Assembly: GCF_006345805.1 (NCBI RefSeq)
Contig: NC_043009.1
Coordinates: 29,388,001 to 29,452,000, forward strand
Direction of reading: 5' to 3'
Length of the DNA stretch: 64,000 bases
Source of the DNA: Octopus sinensis
Taxonomy: Eukaryota
Part shown: in pieces, positions 41,809 to 55,324 of the stretch
How positions within the stretch are numbered: position 1 is the stretch's first letter
Layout of the letters: every line of letters begins with the position of its first letter
Program-made: the position numbers and the translations under genes
Notes under the pieces: model-generated
Seen by the model: only the letters and a program-made list of their open reading frames with translations
The model's database searches: none
What the model was told of the DNA's origin: nothing

Positions 41809-41858
<50 letters not shown>

Positions 41859-41879
41859 ATATACATACACTAAGTGCCC

Positions 41880-42460
41880 ACATAAAGATCCCATGGATAC
41901 GCCATCTGCACTTCTCTTAATCCTCACTCACGTCTAATTCTGGGATGTCATTCCACAAGCCCCTCCACCTTATCTATCCATGATATGATTAATCCCCCTT
42001 CCCTTCTAGAACCTTCACATTCTTCCTGACATCATTTTCTTTCTGTGCTCGCCATCCTTATAACGAGCGATTCCAAAAATCCATCCTTCCATTTTATTTC
42101 CAGATTTCCCTTTCTTCAGTATTGATCTGTTTGTTTTCTTTCTGTTTACTATATTCTCAATGACCTTGTCGAGAACCACATGTTGAAAACATCAATTTTC
42201 CTGCTACCTTGTTTGTTAGTTATCTAACTTTCACCTCCGTTTAGCTGGATATACTATTGATTTTTAAAATCCAATTTTTCTTTGTGTCATGCATTCATCT
42301 TTTATACTTTCTTCTAGTCCCATCATGTCTTCCTTTACAAGACCTTATTTCCTTTGAACACCTCCAACTTCGAACCTTGAATCCAAGTAATCTAAACTTT
42401 ATACACTGCTACAAACGCACGAGTTTCATTTCTGTATTTCCTTAACTTTGAAATAGATAT
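41880..42460 (-). mobile_element. Decayed RTE-like LINE 3' end
   Basis: Purine-rich minus strand with GRM..KGRG..MD and ..EDxEKCRWR-like terminal pieces; heavily decayed. Confidence 0.3.
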
Positions 42461-42517
42461 AAATTTTTGCGTACAGATTCAGTAGAGACACTGTTAGACA
42501 AACATACACGCGGAATA

Positions 42518-42760
<243 letters not shown>

Positions 42761-44262
42761 TCTGTCTTTCTAGCTCTCTCTTTTGTAGCCATCCATCTTT
42801 CTGACTATCTTTCTCATAAATACAAATACATCTATATATACATACATACATGCATGCATATAAATGTTTATGTATGTATGCATATATATGTACACATATA
42901 CTCACATACACGTGATTATATATTCAGTCATGTCCGATGATTGCTAATTTATCTGTCTAGTATGAAACTGTTAGGTAAGAAATTGACTGTTACGAGAATA
43001 TATTAATGATTGTATAAATAATATAATTATTCGATTATCTAATATACGAGCGCTTGTATTTATTCCGATTCATGAAATCTTTTGACAACTACATATATAT
43101 ATATGTGTGTGTGTGGTTGTGTGTCTGTTTTGTTTTAGCTGGTACTTTAATTTTCACTTAACGGCTTATTATCTCAGTCATAAACGTATCTAACATAAAT
43201 GTGACACTTCTCTGCTATATTTCTTAAAATTGTTTTCAATTGTTAACTCTAAATAAATACATGTGTGCGCATACACAGACTCACACACAGACGCACATAC
43301 ACACATACACACGTCAACCTCCAAGCAGCTTCTGCCAAGAAACATCTCGCAGTCATTGCTTAACCAAGAGTATGAGTGAAGCTACTTGCAGCGTTTTGGG
43401 GTCTAGCCAAGAACATATTCACAGCATAGCTATAACTTGATAGACCCGACACCCCTTGAATTATTTCTTCATGAAGTTGTCATTGTTATTATTTTTCTTT
43501 GTATTCTTGTTGCCTGTTAATCGTACGGAAATCTATGAATCACCTGCAAATAGTGAATATCTACAGCATTACAGACTTGGTGACATTTTTACATGCGAAC
43601 AGAATTCATAAGTCTTAAGTACCCTTGGATATTATTTGTTTTGTTACTGTTTAATCCCATGTCAGTCCCGATTTAATAGCCTTATGATAAAATGTACTTC
43701 AGCTAAGATCAGAAGTTTATCTTCTAAGTACAGTGTACGTAAATCTATATAAGTCAATTTATTGTCCATTATTAAGATGATAAATGAGGATTCGAGTAAT
43801 ATTTGGCTATTATTTCTGTCAGAGCACGCAAGCAACCACATGGACAGAATCATCTGCTTTTTTTTACGATTGTTAGATAACGTTTCATCTTACGTTGATT
43901 TTTGTGTATATGTTGGGAGTAAAAGAAATAAATTTTGACTTTCTTCAGTAAGGCAGAATTTACATCCTTTAGTACTAAGTTTGAAATTGTTTACCCTCAA
44001 TACTTATTCTCGAAGCAGCATGTCTGTGTTTATGAATAAATTTAGAATATACATGCAGGAAAAATTACGTATTTTAACTCGAGACTATATTGCAGAAGTT
44101 AATTGTTTTTATTCATTTTAGCACAAAACAATTGATATATCATGTATATAGCTAAGTATGCCTGCATGGTTGCATGTATATATCTTATTAAAACTATTAA
44201 CATTACTATCACGAATGACATCTTTCCTTACAGCAGTAGTTATGCAACACTTTAGCTTGTGA

Positions 44263-44263
44263 G

Positions 44264-44314
<51 letters not shown>

Positions 44315-44555
44315 TTATTTATATATGTATGTATATGTATATATATCTATGTATGTATATATGTATGTATGTATGTATACCTATATATACATATATGTAT
44401 ATATATATATACATGCACACACACATATATATACATACATACATATATATACATATACACACATATATACATATATACATACATACACACAATATATATA
44501 CATATCAATCTATCTATCTATCTATCTATCTATATATATATATATATATACACGC
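44263..44555. repeat. Compound (TA)/(TATG)/(CA)/(TCTA) microsatellite
   Basis: Directly visible. Confidence 0.9.
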
Positions 44556-45244
44556 ATATTATTAACTTTATCTCAAGATATCGTATATCGTGGTCTAACA
44601 TAATATCAACAATCATATCAATAAGATATATCACTATATAAGAGTTGATATTTCACCAGTATATATATATATATATATAAATATGCACACACACGCATAC
44701 ATATATGTATATATATTTATATAAATCTACACATCCATACAGGTGAAACAGTCAGCGCTTACACCAAGTAAATTGTTAGAGATGTTATAGATGGTTGTAA
44801 TGTCATAAAGGTAACTACCTCCTGTTATATTCTATATCATAAATATTCTAAATGTAATGAACAATATTACTTATGCCAGTTTGTCGAAGTAAAGATCACC
44901 AATGCATTAAGCCTCTATTCGTATGTTTGATTATGTTGGAGAAATTATATAATTTCAAAACATGACTCTGGTTCATTATTTAAATATTCAAGTGCAGATA
45001 TGCCTAAGTAGTTTAGAAATTCACTTCATAATTACATAAATTCGAATTCTTCTGTTCTGTATAAGTAGAGTTCTTTTATCGTATGTACTAGAATGTATGT
45101 GTGGCTTAGTACAAGTTACATATATATATATGTGGCTGAATTGATAAATGCATTGTATTAATGTATTCGTGAATCTGTTATGAATTAATGCTTGTTAAAG
45201 TTTTAAAACTGCTTTATGTAAAGTTTCTTTAGTAGATGAAGCTT

Positions 45245-45550
45245 TAAAACTCATTACAGAAGTAATTCGAGTATAGAAGTGCAGAGGAGTGAAGGGAGAC
45301 GTCTGGACCGAAAGCGAGGTGAAGTGTCATCATGTCGAGAAGCATGGATTTTGAATAGCCTCTCCTGTAATAGATGTGTGGAAGGGAATTCCGAGGGAGA
45401 GTAGTTTCTGGCCAGAGGTTGGGGAAGTGTACACATGTGGTACGTCCAGCAAGGGCTGCTGGATACATTGCTCCGATTTGTCTCGAGGTAAGAGTGTCCT
45501 TACTATTTTGCCTTTTTCTTCTACAAGATATTAAATCCGCATAGTACACT
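45245..45550 (-). mobile_element. Possible CR1/L2-like LINE 3' relic
   Basis: VHFPNL..TLPRNSLP fragments (cf. SFxPRTxxLWNxLP); GC-richer island. Confidence 0.3.
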
Positions 45551-45817
45551 TAGTATCCTCTCTTTTACATAGGTATTTGTTAGTGTTTCTCAGGTGTAAT
45601 GAGTTTTTGTATGAGATGTTCTTTATAGCTAGGTTCATAAATGAAAGTGTGACTTTTGGTTGGAATTTATATTAGGACAAGTTGAATGTTAAATCTGAAA
45701 ACGAAATTATTTTTAAAAATCTATTAAAAATTTTTCATATCCTTCGCGGTTGTTTTCGTAAATGGTATTTATGGTGTGGTTGAATTTATCCATAACATTA
45801 TTTTCAGCGTAAGCCAT

Positions 45818-45980
45818 GCAGGCGTGGATGGGTTGTAAAAAGCTTGCTTCCTAACCATCGCGATGGTTCCGGTTCAGTTCTATGTGTGGCACCTTGGGCA
45901 AGTGTCTTTTACTATAACCTCGGAAAGATGAAAACCCCCGTGGATAGATTTGGTAGAGAGAAACTGGAAGAAGCCCGTCG

Positions 45981-46013
<33 letters not shown>

Positions 46014-46245
46014 GCGCGCGCGCGTGTGTGTATGTATGTGAGCGCACGCATGCGTGCATGTTTGTCCACCACCACCGTTTGAAAACCGGTGCTGTTGTGC
46101 TTACGTCCCGTAACTTAGCAGTTCGGCATAAGAGTGTGACAGAATAAGTACCAGGCTTTTAAAAGCAGTATTACTGTGATCAATTCATTCTTCAAGGTGG
46201 TGCCTCAGCATGGCCGCGGTTTTAATGACAGAAACAACTATAAGA
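45818..46245 (+). mobile_element. SINE family B, full copy
   Basis: Match to the family consensus. Confidence 0.88.
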
Positions 46246-47189
46246 TAAAAGATGTTAAGTACCACAAATATCGGACACGACTACAGAACTCATCATCATT
46301 ACATCATCCAGCTTCTTTTGAATCGATTTGTGAGCAACAAAAAGAAACATCCATTATGCAGGCCAACAAAATAATTGTTAGAAATTTTCTTAGCATAGAC
46401 TCAAACTTTCATTGCAAGGTTTGTATTCACTTTCCCAAATAGAAACATGGGTGAAGAGGTGTTCTACAACACTGATGGAAATGATGCAAAATTGTTCAGA
46501 TTCTTGCACATTCTTTAGGAACATATCCGCTGTGAGCATACCATCTTTCTCTGGTGTCTATTATTTATGAAGCTGATGGGCTGTTAGCGATTCTATGAAC
46601 AGAACTATTCACCTGGGAGTTTATAGGTTGAAGAGAGTTATTCTGTTTTTGAAGATTAACGGTACAAAATATGTACACAGGCTTAAACTCACCTATATAT
46701 ATTGAAAATAAATAGCTCTTATTTGTACACTCTTAGCAGTAATTAACTTATTAAGTATAATTTATAACTCTATAGCATTGTTTGTCATTCCCCACTTTTG
46801 AACACTATACAATTAGCATATAGAATACCGTTGAGTTTTGCAGTGAATACGTATTTGTACTCAATAACAAACAGATTGCGCTTATCACTATAACATATTA
46901 GAATTTTATCGGTGATTTTTAGACCCTGCAGAGCTAGTTTAATACTAATACGAAGTAGGATTCTGTTGTTTATATCACTGTTTATTGCTTACACACCTGA
47001 CTACGTCTGGCAGTTTGTCGTCAAATTTTATTACAATTTTATCACTAAAACTCTCCAGAGACCGCTGAAGTAATTTGAGTTCAACTTTCTGGTTTGGTCG
47101 TCTTTTCCTTTTCGGTGGAAGATTGTAGTAGAAATGGGGAGTGTACTAATTAGATTTTGGCTGCTTGTATTCTATGAGTGGCTGAAATA

Positions 47190-47600
47190 TTTGTACATAC
47201 ACACATAAATACATACATACATACATACATACATACATACATACATACATAATACATACATACATATATGTATATGTATATCAAAAGAGAGTAAGAGAGT
47301 GATGTTTGTACAGTGCATGTGTATTTATATTTTATAAACAAGCATATACACCTAAATACATATGTATACATACACATGTATACAAATACACGCATATATT
47401 TATATATATGTATATATATATATGTATATATGAACACACGCATACAAACATAGTTACATATATATAAATACATAAATTCAAATATGCATGCGTATATATG
47501 AAGATAAATAGGGAAAAGTAATTGAGAGTTTGAGCAAGAGAGAGAGAGAGAGAAAGAGAAAGAGAGAGAGGGGAGAGACAGACATACAGACAGAAAGAGG
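47190..47600. repeat. (TACA)n/(TA)n/(GA)n microsatellite
   Basis: Directly visible. Confidence 0.9.
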
Positions 47601-48407
47601 AATTAGACGCTGATCGGATAATCGTAATGATCCGTAAGAACATTATTCAGCGTTAGAAACTGAATTTATTCAGTTTAATGCCTGTTTTGTTTTCATTAAA
47701 ATTTGGCCAGATGTTTCAACTCTAGTTTCTACGGAGAAGGCTGATTACACTTGCAGACGTAATCGATAGATTTCGTTAAGAAAGGAGAAGCAAAGATCAC
47801 GTTGAAAGGAAGGCGTTAATATAAGAGAAAGAAGATGAGAAGATGTAGAATAGTATCAGAAGTGGGTTACAATTGAATGATAAGAAAAAGAAGAGGAAGA
47901 AGTAGGAAGAGGAGCAGTGATGTGGTGTGGAGTCATGCCGGGTGCACAGACTGCACAGGGCCATACTTCATATGCGTGGACTCGCAGTAATCAAAGGAAT
48001 GTTATGTGTAAGGAAAGTGACGAAGAGTTTAGTTGCCACAAAAGCGGTAGGAATATCGGTTGGAAGAAGAAAAGAGGAGGGTTTGGTGAGGACAAAAAAG
48101 CAGAGGAGATATAGGATCTATCAGTGGGAGTAGGGAGAGGAGAGAATACTAAAGAAATATAGAGGGTAAGACATGGTTCTGGGGAGAGTTTAATAGATAG
48201 GAGATGGGAGAGGAAAAAGGTTAGTGGGCGAGTCGGTCGAGAAGTCATGTGAGTAACAAAAGTGTGATGCGAAGGATGAAGAAAAGAAGGTAGATAAGAG
48301 GGGACAGTTTAAATTAGCAGGAAGCAAAATAGAGGCATGAAGAGCGGGGAACTGAACGAAAAGGGTCAGATGTTGACTACCTATAAATTCATTGAGCTAA
48401 GACGAGT

Positions 48408-48575
48408 TGCTGTTTGATTTGTTTGAGTTATTGGACTGCGGCTGTGCTAGAGCCGTTTAAAGTTAGTCGAGAGGGTCGACCCCAGTAATTATTCTATCGG
48501 TTCTTTTGCTGAACTTCACAGTTACGAAACAAATTAAGACGGTTTGTCAAGATGTCAAGTGGCTAAACAAAGGGA
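48408..48575 (-). mobile_element. SINE family B, degenerate 3' half
   Basis: gactgcggctgtgctagagc..tcgacccag..tattctatcgg. Confidence 0.65.
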
Positions 48576-48579
48576 CGCA

Positions 48580-48715
48580 CATACATAGATACATACATAC
48601 ATACATACATACATACATACATACATACATACATACATACATACATACATACATACATACATACATACATACATACATACATACATACATACATACATAC
48701 ATACATACACACACA
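48580..48715. repeat. (TACA)n microsatellite
   Basis: Directly visible. Confidence 0.95.
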
Positions 48716-49198
48716 GAAATTAGCTGCCCAACGGATGTTAACATAAAGCTGAAGATCAGTGAAAAAGAGAATTTCTACGCTGAACTATTAAGAAATCTGC
48801 AGTTACTCTATCCAGGTTACTAGTTCAGGTTTATGCCTGAAATTATTGGGGCACTTGGATATGTAACACACTGCCTAAATACCAATCTCGAGAAATTAGG
48901 CTTCTCAAAACCAGAAATGAGAAAGCTAATTCGAAGACTACAGATCCAAGCCATCACTGGAGCTGTAAAAATCTGTAAAACTTTCCAGAAGTTTATCTTT
49001 TAAGTATATACGAGCATGTCTAGATACGCAACTATAGGCACGAGAATGCATAAAACAAAACATACAAATCCGCACATATACATACAAACAAAAATACTGT
49101 TGTTGATGTTGAAATTTCAAAGACGGAGCCTTGGATCTAAGATAGAAACCGTCTGTTTCTCTATTGGCAATAAATCTTGAAATGAACTGAACAATGAC
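48716..49198 (+). mobile_element. 5'-truncated R4/Dong-like non-LTR retrotransposon (restriction-like endonuclease C-terminus + 3' UTR)
   Basis: EISCPTDVNIKLKISEKENFYAELLRNLQLLYPGY*FRFMPEIIGALGYVTHCL..LQIQAITGAVKICKTFQKFIF* (stop at 49001-49003), a single frame with one internal stop; typical RLE E-x-S-C-P..K..KY..P.I.GALG pattern. Confidence 0.8.
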
Positions 49199-49344
49199 AT
49201 ACATACACACAAGGGACTGAAGAACAGGACGAGAGGGGACTATCAATGGTGTAGTGCGAACAAAGCCTGATTAGGGTCTTAGGACATGCTGAGAAAAAGA
49301 ACATGCAAATGATTTACAACAACAACAACAACAACACAACAATG

Positions 49345-49563
49345 ATAATCCTTTCTACTAAAAGCACAAAGCCTGAAATTTTGTTGGGAAGGGACAAGTC
49401 TATTACATCGACACCAGTGTCTCACTGGTACTTAATTTATAGAAACCGGAAGGATGAAAGGCAAAGTCGACCTCGGCGGAATTTGAACTCAGAACGTAGT
49501 GACAGGTGAAATACCGCTAAGCATTTCGTCCGGAGGGGCTAACGATTCTGCCAGCTCACCGCC

Positions 49564-49564
<1 letters not shown>
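49345..49564 (-). mobile_element. SINE family A, full copy
   Basis: Match to the family consensus. Confidence 0.9.
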
Positions 49565-49599
<35 letters not shown>

Positions 49600-49601
<2 letters not shown>

Positions 49602-50068
49602 CCTTTCTACTATAGGAACAAGGCCTCAGAACGTAGCGGCAGACGAAATACTTATTTCTTTATAACCCACAAGGCGCTAAACACAGTGAGGACAAACAAG
49701 GACAGACAAACGGATCAAGTCGATTATATGGACCCCAGTGCGTAACTGGTACTTATTTAATCGACCCCGAAAGGATGAAAGGCAAAGTCGACCTCGGCGG
49801 AATTTGAACTCAGAACGTAACGGCAGACGAAATACCTATTTCTTTACTACCCACAAGGGGCTAAACACAAATGGAACAAACAAGGACAGACAAAGGGATT
49901 AAGTCGATTACATCGAACCCAGTGCGTAACTAGTACTTAATTTATCGACCCCGAAAGGATGAAAGGCAAAGTCGACCTCGGCGGAATTTGAATCAGAGCG
50001 TCGTGGCAGATGAAATACTGATAAGTATTTCACCCGGCGTGCTAACGATTCTACCAGCTCACCGCCGC
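49600..50068 (-). mobile_element. SINE family A tandem trimer (two tail-B units + deleted tail-A unit)
   Basis: Junctions gaaatac(t/c)|tatttcttta at 49652/3 and 49836/7, giving a 184-bp period. Confidence 0.9.
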
Positions 50069-50069
50069 A

Positions 50070-50160
50070 GTAATGATAATGATAATAATAATAATAATAA
50101 TAAAAATAGAAGAAGAAGAAGAAGAAGAAGAAGAAGAAGAAGAGAAGAAGAAGAAGAAGG
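50070..50160. repeat. (AAT)n + (GAA)n
   Basis: Directly visible. Confidence 0.9.
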
Positions 50161-50567
50161 AGTAGAATGATAACAATATAAAAGAAAGAACGATGATAAA
50201 AAAAAGAACAATAAGAAGAAGAATTCAGTTGTAGAATTCGGGTCATTGAAGTTACGAGTCTTTAGTCAATTTCTAAACACTGTGGTCTATATTCGTAGCA
50301 TGCATACAATTTGGTGTGTCTAGTTAACGTCTCTGCACTATGATCTATTTAATTAACATCCACACACGGAGCTTTATCCCATCCACATCTATAGATCACG
50401 GTTTGTTATATACATAATATATTCTACTGAGCGAATATATACAATGTCGTATTTAGACGACAGCTACATGCTGTGATCTCTCTAATGAAAATCTACAGTC
50501 TCTGGTCTTCTATTCAGCATCTGGTAATTATTGCCTCAACAATTGAGTAGCCCAATTTTATTTGCAG

Positions 50568-50637
50568 ATTCCTGATTTTAACAACAATAACTACCAGGAT
50601 ATCGAATACCAAAGTGGAAACATAAACAAGTTAAGCG
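50568..50637 (+). other. Candidate exon (70 nt), gene unknown
   Basis: Acceptor ttttatttgcAG and donor G|GTAAAA; reads IPDFNNNNYQDIEYQSGNINKLS. Confidence 0.2.
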
Positions 50638-50810
50638 GTAAAAAAAAAATTAAATATAAAGCAAAACTAACAAAAACAAAACAAAATCTTTATTTGTGAA
50701 AGAATTAAGTTGATGAACTTTAAAAGATATGTTTGTTTTCACTTTAGTAGTGTTCCCTCAAACTGCATCACCTTCCAAATATAATATCATACATACACAT
50801 ACAAACAAAT

Positions 50811-50895
<85 letters not shown>

Positions 50896-51889
50896 TATAT
50901 ATACATATATATATATGTGTGTGTACCTACATAATACATATATTTAGGTGTTTGTTTGTTGTATACACACACGCACACATATATACATGCAAGAAAGGAA
51001 ATTAAAGAAAGCAATTAAAAAAAAACATTACTATAAAATTAGATGAAATAAAAGAATTCAAGAATAAAAGTTTTTTTTTTAAGTAAAAAAAAAACTAAAA
51101 ATTACATCAGACACAGACCCACGCTGAAAAAAAATAATTTAAACTTTCTAAAACTCAATCTTCATCAGATGTTAACTCTAAATTAATTGAGAGTATGCTA
51201 ATGGAAACACAAGAGAATTGCTTCTAGATGAAAGAGTGTGTATAATATGCAGCACGGTGGCAGAGGGGGAGATGTGGAATCAACAAGAATCTATTCACTT
51301 CAGAAATTAACTATTTTGGAACCAACAGATTGGAAGCTGTTCAGTGAGGAAGGATTTAATCACAGGTTGTTTCCTCACACGTAAAAACCTGCAGAGGATT
51401 TCTTTGTATCTACTTCAGTAGCTATTTATACTCTGATTTCTCCCTCATCTCTTTCCTCTTTTCTTTAAGCTTTTTTTTCTCTGCGTTTTTTTCTTCTTCT
51501 TTTGGTTTGAGAGTTGATTTTTCAATCAAGTTTCAAAATAAATTCAACAAAGCACAAATAAAAACAGAAAAAAAACAAAGCAAACAAAACGCACACATAC
51601 AAGAATATACATTCACATACTAAATAAACAACACATGCATATACAATAACATAAAAAACTGAATAAACAGCTCACACATATATACAGCAACACATACTAG
51701 CTAACAAGCATACATACACATGTCCATATCAGATATGCACACAAATACTACCAAAATAATAATTAGAATTCAATTAAGCTAACGCATTTGACTTCACTTT
51801 ATTAAGTGATTAGACGAGCAGGACATTGCCATACTTTATACTCGGAGGTGAAAGGATCAAACACTGATAGCAACTTTGTACTCGAAGAA

Positions 51890-52115
51890 AGTTAAGGTCA
51901 GATCGTTCAGAATATTCTATCAAATGTAATATTTATTTACATTGTTTTGAATTAATCATGCATTATCTCCTAGTTTGGAGATTTCGACGATGTGATTGTT
52001 TATTTTTAGAATTACATTGCAGGGTATGTATGAGAGGCTGGATCTGGTCAGTTTGAACCTAAAGTAGGTAGAATATTTGGGTTTGATACAGCTGGATCAG
52101 ATACTAAAGTGTTAA
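51890..52115. mobile_element. piggyBac-type (TTAA-ended) MITE-like repeat, degenerate left end
   Basis: Ends gatactaaagtgTTAA; internal ttgttttgaattaatcatgcattatc..gctggatctgg pattern recalled as an abundant octopus MITE. Confidence 0.45.
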
Positions 52116-53869
52116 GAAAAATACGTGCCAGTGGACATTTTTAGGAACTCCAGGAGGTCCTCCTCTCATAGATAACCTGGCTCAAATGCTTACTTAAAGG
52201 TACCCACGGCCAGATGGGAGAATCTAATTGGACAACATATGAGGTCTAACGCACGCAATAACTCTGAATCGAAAGATTTACAGGAAAAAAAAAATGAAAT
52301 AATCAACCAGGCGGAATATCTGTTCATTAACTGAGCTGAGGTCATGTGGTGAGAAAAATAATGAATCCAATGATGAATGAAAGGAAAAACTGAACTCTCT
52401 TAGAAACTGAACTCAGTCAATGGTGTAATGAATTAGATACACCAGTGCATCCAATCTGATGCGTGACTATGTGATCACATTTGTGACTGTACATTTAATG
52501 AACAGTAGATGTCATAATAAGCAACGAAATCCCTTAATATATACGTGTATATAATATTGGTCGTTGTATATTTAAATACTGCCTGCCATGCAAAGCCAGA
52601 TAACTTGAATCTTATTGAATATATCTGCCATGGTTACTAGTATATACGTGCACACATACACATGCACACACACGTATGGGGACACACACATACACAGAGT
52701 TACACCCACATACATACACACACAAGACTTAATAGAACTAGAAATAAAGATATTTCGATAATGAATTTATAAAAAAAAAATATCTGCAGCGACAGAAATA
52801 TTTTCAAAAACAAATTTTTCACTAAAATCACAATAATAAAAGAATCATTAAATAAATAAAACATGCAAGGAATCTGTCTGCTTAGTATTTCTCTGCAGTT
52901 GGTTAAATATCCGACCTGTGAAGTACTAAAGCCAATATTTAACTAAAAAATGTTTTTCTTTTCAAGATTATTCAACGCAAAGTTTATTACAGCATTTAAA
53001 TATCAGCGTTTAAAATTTGACAGAGTTTATACGTTATCTTTATTTTATTAGTTTCAATGCATTTAAGCAAGACAAACATACTTGCCGTTATTACTGATGG
53101 TGTGGTTACACATGTCAACAAACATAGGATGCAATAAAACGTTAAATTGCTTGAAATCTGGACAAAATGGAATGAAATATTTAGTATTTAGTCTGGTGTC
53201 TTTGCGTTCAAATTTTGATGGAGCTGACTCTGATTTTTATCCTAGAGTAAAAAAAAAAGAAGCAACGCTCAGTGTCAATGATCAACTCGATTGTGCCCAC
53301 TTCGAAAATTTGTTATAATTTTACTGATACAGCATGAGACCTGTATATTTTGTACGGTCTTGATATTTGTGATCTATGAAAGCGGAAAAACAATATACCT
53401 TAAAGAGAAAAATTACCTTTCTGAAGGTCTTAACCTTAGCTAAGATTAGGAGGGATATTTTGCTTGAAATAGCAGCTAAACTTCTCTTAAGCCTTACTGT
53501 AAAACCTTACAAAATCCTGATTCTGTGTTTGTTTCACGTAGGGGATACAGAATTGTCATGGCTGGGATACTTATGACCCTGCTTCTGCTCATTTAGAGCT
53601 CACTTGATGCTAAACAAAACCACCAACAACAATGATACCATGTTCAAGACGAATACTGCATGAACATTACAATATCTAATTTCTGTTTTTCTTTATATTA
53701 GGACATCTTAAATGTGTATAAATGCAGATCTATTCTGTGAGGTTTCAAATAAACTGATCTGTATCTTTAGTAAAAGAAATATCAGCATGGATGGATGAAT
53801 GTAATTTCGGTTATAGGATGGTTCAAATTAAAAACGACGATGCCTATTCTTATTTTCTTTTTTACTTAC

Positions 53870-53967
53870 TAGGTCTAGAGGGCGGATTCAGTGTCCCTGG
53901 CCTTGCAATCCCTCCAAGACCAGTGAGATTTATGTCTGGTTCTTCTTGAACATTTGTAAGTAAAGAC
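53870..53967 (-). other. Candidate coding exon (98 nt), gene unknown
   Basis: Minus-strand acceptor tgttcttgtttttcttgcAG and donor GTAAGT; one open frame, SLLTNVQEEPDINLTGLGGIARPGTLNPPSRP. Confidence 0.35.
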
Positions 53968-54043
53968 CTGCAAGAAAAACAAGAACAGAGAGCCTTATCC
54001 AGAGGAGAGACATATTTTGAAGAAAGGAGAGAGTATAAGAATT

Positions 54044-54195
54044 ACTGAGAGACCCGGGGCGGTTAGACATAATAAAGATGTACTGAGAGATCTGGGGTGG
54101 TTAGACATCATAAAGATATTGTGAGAGACATGGGGTAGTTAGACATAATAAAGACGTACTGAGAGACCTGGGGTGGTTAGACATAATAAAGACGA
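54044..54195. repeat. 38-bp minisatellite x4
   Basis: Unit actgagagacctggggtggttagacataataaagacgt starts at 54044, 54082, 54120 and 54158. Confidence 0.92.
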
Positions 54196-54671
54196 TGGGG
54201 GAAAGGAAAACGAGGGGATTTTTGTATGTTAAGAGGTTTTGCAAGCAATACTAACAGAATTTAATTAAAGGTACATATTATTGTTTGATAAAAAAAAGAA
54301 ATAAACATTGAATAGTGTTCCCAGATATCGCAGTTTCAACCAGACCATCATATGCTGTTATACACCGCTGATCACAATGAGCTTTTAATTCTGTCTTGAT
54401 TGGGCTATTATTTTCCACATTGACCCAAATTACTTGAAATACATTGCTTAAAAAAAGGGAGGATGATCACCTCTGGAACTTCTATGATTAATCAGGACTG
54501 AGCTGGAAATATACAACTAAGCAAAATGAAGAAGATGGTAAACATTGGCAGAAAAAGAAGGAACAAAGTGAAAAACAGGAAAGGAATCTGGCTTTATGAC
54601 TTTCAATAATTTTAAACAATTACCAGACTTTTTAAATATCAATAACTATCATCGTACGCATTATTATTTGG

Positions 54672-55005
54672 GGATGCAGTATGACTGACTGGCTAAGAAG
54701 CTCGCTTCTCAATCATGACGATACAGTTTCGATTCCTCCGTGTAGCATGTAGGGCAATTCCTTTTACCACTGAGTGAAAGTTGGGTAAACGGAAACTGTA
54801 AGGAAGCCAAATGGTTGATTGTATGTACCATCCAAAACGATAGCCTTTCCACACATCGCGCCATGCAAATATTACCTCAGAGTTAGGTTAAAAGTAACGC
54901 ATGTTCGTGGAATACTCAGCCGTTTACTCGCAAACTTAATGAACAGGTAATTTAGATGATCAAACAGCAGAATACACCTCGTCGAAACCGCTGGAGATCC
55001 GTTTA
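54672..55005 (+). mobile_element. Degenerate family-B-headed SINE with alternative tail
   Basis: ggctaagaagctcgcttctcaatcatg..aaacggaaactgtaaggaagcc, then a tail related to 1805-1940. Confidence 0.5.
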
Positions 55006-55324
55006 CATATTTATTCCTCATTATCATCCTTTTCTCTCGGCTTGCATTATTAAGTGGCTTTTATTACCATCCAATTTATATATCACAAGAAAATTTAAGT
55101 TTTCAATAAATAGACCCTGAGAGAATTCATTGGGGTCACCTCTATTACACTCTCTTGCTTTGAAGTTAGAATAGTGCAAATATTTCAATTAGCCAATCAG
55201 GTAAGTAAACATCAGTCGTTATTCTTTTATTTACAGTTAATCACTCTTCTATGCTTTTATTATTTTTCGTACCTTCTATCATATCATTTTTATACTAAAT
55301 CTTTTATAGTTTCATGTATTTATG

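Noticed and set aside
49600-50068. Regularly spaced repeats resembling a CRISPR array
   Set aside because: The 184-bp units are SINE bodies with no unique spacers; the context is eukaryotic and has no cas genes.
51420-51530. Minus-strand Lys/Glu-rich frame (KPKEEEKNAEKKKLKEKRKEMREK)
   Set aside because: Derives from a CT/T-rich low-complexity tract; closed by stops and lacks splice support.
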